The notes under the pieces were generated by a model that was given only the letters and a program-made list of their open reading frames with translations, ran no database searches and was not told the origin of the DNA. Below, in pieces: positions 58,246 through 64,000 of a stretch of 64,000 nucleotides of DNA. The DNA is taken from contig CAWAMP010000022.1 in NCBI GenBank assembly GCA_963783255.1, positions 566,761 to 630,760 of the forward strand, written 5' to 3'. Source of the DNA: an uncultured Acidobacteriota bacterium (GTDB lineage Bacteria > Acidobacteriota > Vicinamibacteria > Vicinamibacterales > Fen-181). Made by a program: the position numbers and the translations under genes. The stretch's first letter is position 1. The number at the start of each line of letters is the position of its first letter.

Positions 58246-58674
58246 TTATCGTGCAGGTCGGATGCGGAGGATCCCCAACTGGGCGAGCAGGCCGGTAAAG
58301 TCGTAGAAGCGCCGCTCCGCGGCGATGAGCAGATCGGGGTTCAGATCGAACAGCGACACGCCGTCGAACGAGCACCGCTTGCCCGTCCCGGCAAGCCCCA
58401 TGAAGCTGCCTCTGTGGGTGGCGCTGACCGAGAAGGCGACCGCCAGTCGGTGACCGTCTGTGATGGGTGTGTCGAAGCCGATCTGCCAGTCGGGGAAGAT
58501 CTCGAACAGCGTTTCATACGTGCCGCGAATCGCCAGCTGCCCCTCGACGCGGGCGAACATGGGGCTGTCGATCACACCGTTCTCGGCATGGTCGAGCGAG
58601 AGGGCCACCGCGTCGCGATGATTCCACCCGGCCGTGTGGCGCTCGATGAATGACGTGATCGGGTCGGTGGTCAT
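58246..58674 (-). CDS. SnoaL-like ester cyclase family protein
   Basis: A 142-aa protein with ITSFIERHTAGWNHRD, FEIFPDWQ and the THRGSFMGLAGTGK blocks typical of ester cyclases. Confidence 0.7.
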   Translation of the reverse strand: MTTDPITSFIERHTAGWNHRDAVALSLDHAENGVIDSPMFARVEGQLAIRGTYETLFEIFPDWQIGFDTPITDGHRLAVAFSVSATHRGSFMGLAGTGKRCSFDGVSLFDLNPDLLIAAERRFYDFTGLLAQLGILRIRPAR

Positions 58675-58845
58675 CGCCCTCTCCCATCTTCAATGGCGGT
58701 GGGTGCCTGATGGTCGCCCGGGATGGATGTGAGTATACCGCGATTGCGGCGGCTACGCCTGCAGGAGGCAGCCGGCTTCGAATTGACGCATAATGGCGGT
58801 TTCGGCCCAGCTGTTCTGAAGCCGATTCCGGACAAAGAGGACATC

Positions 58846-60270
58846 ATGGCGACGAAGCGAGAGGAAGCCATGGAACGGCCGGAGCAGAACGCTCCCCTGC
58901 CTGTTCCTGCCTCGGTGAAGGGGCTTTCCAGAGACGAGGCCTACGGCCTCGGGAAGCAGTTGCGGAAGGCCTGTCCGAGGTCCTCCCACGCCGACTGGAA
59001 GCCGCCGCACGGCCGCCCCGATGCCGTCCTGCTCGTGCTCGAGGCCGAGAAGGGACGGATGCCGGACCTGCTCCCGCTCCGCCACGGGCGGATGGCGAAG
59101 TCGGCGTTCACCTTCTACAGGGGCGCGGCGCTCACCATGGCCTTCGACCTCGGCCGGTCGCCGGTGTCAGGCATCCGCGTGCAGTGCTGCGGGGACGCGC
59201 ACCTCTGCAACTTCGGCGGATTCGCCACGCCGGAGCGGAAGGTCATCTTCGCCATCAACGACCTCGACGAAACGCTCCCGGCGCCCTGGGAGTGGGACGT
59301 CAAGCGCCTCGCGGCCAGCTTCGTCGTGGCGTGCCGGGACAACGGCCTGAGCGAAGCGATCGCCAAGGACGCCGCAAGGACAGCGGTCCGCACCTACCGC
59401 GAGTCGATGGCCGAGTTCAGCCAGATGAAGACGCTGGAGCTCTGGTACTACACGCTGGAGGCGGACGAAATCGCGGCAAGCATCAAGGATGCCGCCATGC
59501 GCAAGCGTGTGATTGCCCGGATTCAGAAGGAACGGGGCAAGAGCATTGCGGAGGACGTCTTCCCGAAGCTCGTGGAGCACAAGGGGGACAAGCCCATCAT
59601 CAAAGACCAGCTCCCCACCATCTTCCACCTCGAGGGCCATCCGCCAGGCGAAATCCAGAAGGCCATGCACGACGCCCTCGCCGTTTATGCCGAGAGCCTC
59701 AATCCCGCCACACGGTCGTTGCTGAGCCGGTACGAACTCCACGATGCCGCCATCAAGGTGGTCGGCATCGGCAGCGTCGGCACAGCCTGCTGGGTGTTCC
59801 TGTTCACGGCCGGCGAGGGTGACCCGCTGTTCCTGCAGGTCAAGGAGGCGCGGGCGTCCGTGCTCGAGCCGTACGCCGGCGCGAGCGTCTTCCCCAACAA
59901 TGGCCAGCGCGTCGTGCACGGCTACCGGCTCATGCAGCCGGCCAGCGACATGTTCCTCGGCTGGTCCCAGGGCCCGAGGCGCCACTTCTTCATCCGCCAG
60001 CTGAGGGACATCAAGATCAGCGCTCGAGTGGAGGTGTTCGATTCGGCCGCAATGGACACGTACGCGACCTGGTGCGGACGGGCGCTCGCGCTCTCCCACG
60101 CGCGGTCCGGAATGTCGCTCCCGATCAGCGGGTACATGGGGAAGAGCGATGCCTTCGACAAGGCGCTCGCGTCGTTTGCGGCCGCCTACGCGGATCAGAA
60201 CGAGAAGGACCACGCAGCCCTGAAGCGGGCCATCAAGGCGGGCAAGGTCGACGCAGGTCACCAGGAGTAG
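58846..60270 (+). CDS. DUF2252 family protein
   Basis: A 474-aa protein from ATG 58846. It contains RHGRMAKSAFTFYRGAALTMAFD, CGDAHLCNFG and INDLDETLPAPWEWDVKRL, as I recall for DUF2252. Confidence 0.8.
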   Translation: MATKREEAMERPEQNAPLPVPASVKGLSRDEAYGLGKQLRKACPRSSHADWKPPHGRPDAVLLVLEAEKGRMPDLLPLRHGRMAKSAFTFYRGAALTMAFDLGRSPVSGIRVQCCGDAHLCNFGGFATPERKVIFAINDLDETLPAPWEWDVKRLAASFVVACRDNGLSEAIAKDAARTAVRTYRESMAEFSQMKTLELWYYTLEADEIAASIKDAAMRKRVIARIQKERGKSIAEDVFPKLVEHKGDKPIIKDQLPTIFHLEGHPPGEIQKAMHDALAVYAESLNPATRSLLSRYELHDAAIKVVGIGSVGTACWVFLFTAGEGDPLFLQVKEARASVLEPYAGASVFPNNGQRVVHGYRLMQPASDMFLGWSQGPRRHFFIRQLRDIKISARVEVFDSAAMDTYATWCGRALALSHARSGMSLPISGYMGKSDAFDKALASFAAAYADQNEKDHAALKRAIKAGKVDAGHQE

Positions 60271-61382
60271 CCGAACTTCAGGTAGATCCCGTAGTTGTCC
60301 TCTCTGCCTCGGGCGTACTCGAAGTTGACCAGCATGTGGTCTTCCGGCTTCAGCACGAAGTGGACGCCAGCCCCGTACGATGGATAGTAGCCGTCGTTGT
60401 TGAGAGGAGCGCTCGAGCCGCCGTAGAGCCACGCGACGCCGCCGAAGATGGTCGCGCCCCACCTCCTCGAGAAACGGATCCGCTCCTCCACTTCGATCGA
60501 GGACATGTAGCGGCCGAGGTACTGCTCCAGCTTGTAGCCCCGCAGGTCGATCGTCGCCTCGGCGCTCGTCGGCGCGTTCGAGGTGATCTGGTTGTTCTCG
60601 CGCATCGCGAACACGTGTCCCTTCCCATGCTCGACGAAGCCTTTGACTTCCAGCCGGTAGGAGGAGTAGTCGTCGTCCGCGCCGAGCCAGGTGCGGTTGG
60701 CGAGGTTGTTCAGGTTGGCGTACCACCCTTTCACGGGCATGTCCTGGTTATCGCGCGAGTCGTGCATCACCACCAGGCCGAGGCCCCCGGAATTGACCCC
60801 GGCGAGCCCCAGGACGTCGAGTATCCTCTGGTCCGTCTCGGTCGCTCCTGCGACCACGTAGTTCGCGCCTACGCCCTGCGCGCCGACGAACCAGCCACCC
60901 TTTACGCGATACAGGTACCGGCCGGCAACCGCGCGGAGGTCGTCGGTCGTTTTGAACGGCTTGCCGGTACCGAGGTAGTCCTCGTACTCGTTCTCCACGT
61001 AGCCGAAGCCGACGAAACCCTCCAGCCGGTGGTGGTCGGCACCGAACGAGGTGCGCGCGAAGACGCCTCCGAGCATCGAGTGCGTGGTGCTGTATTGGAA
61101 GATGGCGCCGAACATCGACACTGCCGACTTCGGGTCGAAATAGTGCAGGTAGGCCCCCAGGCCGCCAAACGACGTGCCCATCTTCGGACCGTTCGAGACG
61201 AGCGGTACCAGCAGCCAGGGAGATTCCTTCTTCGTCTGCGACTGGTCCTGGCCGGGGACCATGGTCGTCGCCAGCCGCAGTTCTCCGTCATCAGCCGGGT
61301 TTGGAGTGGTCTGCCCGGCCGCGGGGGATGGTGTGACGAGGATTCCGAGCAGACATGCAACGCGCAGGACAGTCGTGTTCAT
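60258..61382 (-). CDS. Omp85/surface-antigen (D15) type outer-membrane beta-barrel protein
   Basis: The ATG at 61382 has GGAGGG upstream. It has a signal peptide, alternating beta pattern and aromatic C-terminus YLKFGYSW. Its 3' end overlaps the convergent DUF2252 gene by 13 nt. Confidence 0.7.
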   Translation of the reverse strand: MNTTVLRVACLLGILVTPSPAAGQTTPNPADDGELRLATTMVPGQDQSQTKKESPWLLVPLVSNGPKMGTSFGGLGAYLHYFDPKSAVSMFGAIFQYSTTHSMLGGVFARTSFGADHHRLEGFVGFGYVENEYEDYLGTGKPFKTTDDLRAVAGRYLYRVKGGWFVGAQGVGANYVVAGATETDQRILDVLGLAGVNSGGLGLVVMHDSRDNQDMPVKGWYANLNNLANRTWLGADDDYSSYRLEVKGFVEHGKGHVFAMRENNQITSNAPTSAEATIDLRGYKLEQYLGRYMSSIEVEERIRFSRRWGATIFGGVAWLYGGSSAPLNNDGYYPSYGAGVHFVLKPEDHMLVNFEYARGREDNYGIYLKFGYSW

Positions 61383-61715
61383 CTCTCCCTCCAGCTTCAA
61401 TCGCGGAACCGAGAGCGCACGCCTTCCTCACGCTCCATCTCGAAGAGCTTGCAGGGATTCTACTCCTGGCCGAATGACGCTGCCACCAAACCGGCCATCA
61501 CGCCGGCCATCACCGGCCGGCGTAGTCGCGCAGGAGACACGCGACGCGATCCTGCGGGGCTTGATGACGCTGATCGACTGGAAGCGAGCAGGCGCCTGGC
61601 AGTCGTCACCTGCCCTTCCCTGGCGGCCCGGAAGCCAGGCGGGACAAGGGGCTGCTTCGGCGAGGTTTTCGGCCCGGCCTGATTCCATCAGCAGTTGATG
61701 TTGGGAGAACGAGTG

Positions 61716-61789
<74 letters not shown>

Positions 61790-61828
61790 CCGAGGGTCCC
61801 GCGCGGAGCGTCAGCTGCCGGCGCGGAC

Positions 61829-61854
61829 AAAAAACGCGCGGTCACGGCCGCGCG
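61829..61854 (-). terminator. Rho-independent terminator directly after tRNA-Gly
   Basis: In minus sense, CGCGCGG-CCGTGA-CCGCGCG is followed by TTTTTT (plus-strand A6 at 61829-61834). It lies between tRNA-Gly and tRNA-Cys. Confidence 0.65.
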
Positions 61855-61871
61855 CTTGGCAGGGAAAAAGA

Positions 61872-61946
61872 TGGAGCGGGAAACGGGATTCGAACCCGCG
61901 ACTTCGACCTTGGCAAGGTCGCACTCTACCACTGAGTTATTCCCGC
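61872..61946 (-). tRNA. tRNA-Gly (anticodon GCC)
   Basis: The acceptor is GCGGGAA/TTCCCGC. The anticodon stem is CGACC/GGTCG with loop TTGCCAA. The T-loop is GGTTCGAATCC. Length is 75 nt including an encoded CCA. Confidence 0.9.
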
Positions 61947-61982
61947 CCGAGCGAAGTCTGAAAGTACCACACGAGGCCGCCT

Positions 61983-62513
61983 CTAGGCAAGAGCGGGTGC
62001 CGCCGCGCCGAGGTCCGTCGGCCGAAACACCTGAATCCCCTCCACACGCTCGAAATCGCGATCGGCCGTCGCAATCGCACTCACCCCCGCATCGCGCATC
62101 GTCGCCACGATGATCGAGTCGTTCGTGAGAAGTCCCGTCTCGGCGCGAACGTCGGCAGCACCCATGAACAGTCTCACGTCGAGCGGAAGCACATCGATTC
62201 CCACGAGGGGAATCCGCTGGAGATACTCCCGATACTCTGTCAATTGCCGCACAACATCGGGCCGACTGCGCAGTTTCCTGCCGACTCCACCGGGCGGCAT
62301 CAGACCCTTCGAGAGAGCCTCGAACGCCATCAGACGATGACAAACCTCGGCCATGACGACCGTCGAGGTGACGCCGGTGATGGCGTGCTCCTCGCATCGG
62401 CGCAGCAGTGCTCGACACTCCGCGGATGAAGCAGAGAACACGTACAGAAGAACCGGGGAGTCGAGAAAGACCGTGGTCCCCGGCGGCAGGGCGTCAAGAC
62501 TCGAGCCAGTCAT
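61983..62513 (-). CDS. PIN-domain ribonuclease toxin (VapC-like)
   Basis: A 176-aa protein with acidic residues in PIN spacing (VFLDSPVLLY, MAEVCHRL, LTNDSIIVATM, TADRDFERV). It overlaps the upstream small gene by 20 nt. Confidence 0.8.
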   Translation of the reverse strand: MTGSSLDALPPGTTVFLDSPVLLYVFSASSAECRALLRRCEEHAITGVTSTVVMAEVCHRLMAFEALSKGLMPPGGVGRKLRSRPDVVRQLTEYREYLQRIPLVGIDVLPLDVRLFMGAADVRAETGLLTNDSIIVATMRDAGVSAIATADRDFERVEGIQVFRPTDLGAAAPALA

Positions 62514-62739
62514 CTTCGTCTTCCATGATCTCGCGCACCACCTCTGGCGGGAGCCGGAACACTCCCCAACTCGCGTCGACCAGGCTGGCCTTTGGAGCCG
62601 CATCCTGGGCCGGGCCGGCAAAGTAGCGCCTCAAGGCGTCCTCGAGAATCGCCGCCATCGGCCGCCCTTGGCGGGCGGCCTCGAGCTTCGCCCGGTGAAA
62701 CAGCGACGCGTCCATGACCGTACTCACCTTCTTCCTCAT
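62494..62739 (-). CDS. putative antitoxin of the PIN toxin
   Basis: An 81-aa protein, MRKKVSTVMDASLFHRAKLEAARQGRPMAAILEDALRRYF (ribbon-helix-helix-like), with an acidic tail. It sits upstream of and overlapping the PIN gene. Confidence 0.55.
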   Translation of the reverse strand: MRKKVSTVMDASLFHRAKLEAARQGRPMAAILEDALRRYFAGPAQDAAPKASLVDASWGVFRLPPEVVREIMEDEDDWLES

Positions 62740-62745
62740 TTCATA

Positions 62746-62777
62746 ATGATACCATGATTTCATGATATCATCATGAT
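62746..62777 (-). promoter_or_regulatory. AT-rich putative operator/promoter of the toxin-antitoxin pair
   Basis: This is the only AT-rich patch in the window. ATGAT occurs four times, starting at 62746, 62754, 62762 and 62773. The palindrome ATGATATCAT spans 62762-62771. It lies 7 nt upstream of the antitoxin ATG. Confidence 0.4.
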
Positions 62778-62782
62778 GTCGC

Positions 62783-63160
62783 CTATCGGTAGACCGCGTC
62801 GAACGCGTTCTGGAACACGACAACCTTCAGGCCCGCGCCCGGCTCGAACTGCACAGCCACCACGTCGAACCGGCACGGCACGCCGTGCAGATGACGGCGA
62901 ACAAGGTAGTCCTCCGCCATGGCGGTCACCTTCGCCTGCTTGTGCAGCGTCACGGCGTCGGCCGGCTCGCCGTAGCGGTCGTTCGTCCTCGCCTTGACCT
63001 CCACGAAGACAATCGTCGGCCCGTCGCGGCAGACAATGTCAATTTCGCCAAAGCGAGTGCGGTAGCGGCGAGCAAGAACTGAGTACCCGCGGCGCTCCAG
63101 CTCGCGGCAGGCGAGGTCCTCGCCCGAAATTCCTAAGGAAATGCGATCCAGGGTGGGCAT
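62783..63160 (-). CDS. yraN: YraN-family (UPF0102) endonuclease-like protein
   Basis: A 125-aa protein with GEDLACRELERRGYSVLARRYR, GEIDIV and the VFVEVKAR blocks. Confidence 0.85.
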   Translation of the reverse strand: MPTLDRISLGISGEDLACRELERRGYSVLARRYRTRFGEIDIVCRDGPTIVFVEVKARTNDRYGEPADAVTLHKQAKVTAMAEDYLVRRHLHGVPCRFDVVAVQFEPGAGLKVVVFQNAFDAVYR

Positions 63161-63206
63161 ATGCCCGGATCAACGTGCAAGGACGGGGCCGGGGGGAGAA
63201 TCCAGC

Positions 63207-63286
63207 GATCTTGCGATCTTGCGATCTTGCGATCTTGCGATCTGGCGAACTGGCGAACTGGCGAACTGGCAATCGTGCGAAGTTGC
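63207..63286 (-). repeat. 8-nt-period array, locus E (10 phased octamers, best copy)
   Basis: The plus strand reads GATCTTGC x4, GATCTGGC, GAACTGGC x3, AATCGTGC, GAAGTTGC with no phase slip. It lies 47 nt upstream of the yraN start and 29 nt downstream of the ribF stop. Confidence 0.95.
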
Positions 63287-63314
63287 GAACCGGGAGGGAG
63301 CGGTCCGTCGACGG

Positions 63315-64000
63315 CTATCGGGGGCTCGTCGACAACGCGGTGCGGGCGGAGTGGCAGTCGGCGGCGATCTGCGCCTTCAGCGCCTCGACACCGTCGAACG
63401 TTCTTTCGTCGCGGATGCGGTGGACGAACGACACGCGGATCGGCGCACCGTAGAGATCGCGGTCCATGTCGAGGATGTGGGTTTCGACGACGGTCGCCGA
63501 CGGCAGGTGGAACGTCGGACGGATTCCGATGTTCGTGACCGACGGGTACTCGACGCCATCGAGCGTCGCGAGCGTCGCGTAGACGCCGTTGGGCGGCAGC
63601 AGTTCGTTCGGCGTGTCCAGGTTGGCCGTTGGAAACCCGAGCGTCCGTCCTCTCTGGAGCCCGTGGACCACGACGCCGTCCATACTGTAGCGGCGTCCCA
63701 ACAGCGTGGCCGCCTCCTCAACCCGCCCCTCCGCGATCAGCTGCCTCGCACGCGAACTCGACACGACGAACTCCTTGTACCGCACCGGCTCGATGGCCTC
63801 CGCGCCGAATCCGTACCGCGACCCGAGCTGTCGCAACGTCGAGAGGGTTCCGGCCCGGTCGTGCCCGAACACGAAACCCGCGCCAACCCAGACCTCCGCG
63901 ACGCCCAGCCACCCGGCCAGCACCAGCCGCACGAACGTCTCCGGGTCCCATGCCGCCACGTCGCGCGTGAACGTGACAATCGCGACGCCCTGCACGCCGA
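63315..64000 (-). CDS. ribF: bifunctional riboflavin kinase / FMN adenylyltransferase, 3' part (5' end outside window)
   Basis: The riboflavin-kinase blocks are GVVVHGLQRGRTLGFPTANL and VETHILDMDRDLYG. The ORF is open to the window edge. Confidence 0.85.
   Translation of the reverse strand, partial: GVQGVAIVTFTRDVAAWDPETFVRLVLAGWLGVAEVWVGAGFVFGHDRAGTLSTLRQLGSRYGFGAEAIEPVRYKEFVVSSSRARQLIAEGRVEEAATLLGRRYSMDGVVVHGLQRGRTLGFPTANLDTPNELLPPNGVYATLATLDGVEYPSVTNIGIRPTFHLPSATVVETHILDMDRDLYGAPIRVSFVHRIRDERTFDGVEALKAQIAADCHSARTALSTSPR

Noticed and set aside
61491-61513. The direct repeat CCGGCCATCACG / CCGGCCATCAC downstream of tRNA-Cys.
   Set aside because: It has only two copies and 23 nt, with no further periodicity or partner elsewhere in the window. 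It is too short to distinguish from chance.
63039-63272. ORFs translating the arrays into repeated peptides (for example SPDRKIARSQDRKIAG, also ORFs 42143..42682, 8583..9497 N-terminus, 45158..46381 N-terminus).
   Set aside because: A DNA period of 8 or 7 is not a multiple of 3, so the peptide repeat is an accident of phase. These ORFs otherwise overlap real genes or lack coding character.
63207-63286. The tandem arrays as CRISPR arrays.
   Set aside because: The units are 7-8 nt and directly abutting, with no spacers. CRISPR repeats are about 24-48 nt separated by unique spacers, and no cas genes are present.

Overview
This is a 64-kb, strongly GC-rich bacterial chromosomal segment. Codon third positions are almost always G/C, and long spurious antisense ORFs occur throughout. 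I call about 50 protein genes and 3 tRNAs (Leu-UAA, Cys-GCA, Gly-GCC). I saw no rRNA, CRISPR, transposase, integrase or phage genes.

Gene content is dominated by envelope, transport and extracytoplasmic hydrolase functions:
- two sodium:solute symporters, a TatT-type TRAP transporter, and an RND pump with its adaptor;
- M14, M28, S46 and M20 peptidases, GlgX, a GH5-like hydrolase, a tandem-DUF1080 protein and a DUF5107-TPR protein;
- a tetrahaem cytochrome / NrfC / NrfD module with no catalytic subunit;
- housekeeping genes infA, gpmI, ribF, yraN and cutC;
- an FHA-GGDEF cyclase, a B12-radical-SAM enzyme, a DUF2339 plus DUF3999-like membrane pair, and a PIN toxin/antitoxin pair next to the tRNAs.

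The gene content resembles a soil Acidobacteriota/Gemmatimonadota-type heterotroph. That is inference from gene content only.

The most unusual signal is non-coding. Nine intergenic spacers are built from short-period tandem arrays, and they are often arranged as dyad-symmetric arms.
- An 8-nt family has the mRNA-sense unit GC[AC][AC][G/C][A/T]TC. GATC is embedded in its commonest unit.
- Several 7-nt arrays also occur.
- The arrays always touch a stop codon and never occur in the eight divergent promoter spacers.
- They keep a conserved unit order and orientation relative to the downstream start codon.
- I do not recognise them as a named repeat family. The closest analogy I know is the STRR heptamers of cyanobacteria.

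Secondary observations:
- a 3-copy GC hairpin element, GCGGGGC-NNAA-GCCCCGC;
- five genes broken by frame errors that are all repaired by deleting single bases, which points to an assembly artefact first;
- an orphan Rho-independent terminator or leader upstream of the DUF2339 operon;
- recurrent GGRGG-type low-complexity inserts in exported proteins.

All family names come from motif recognition by eye. No database search was possible.
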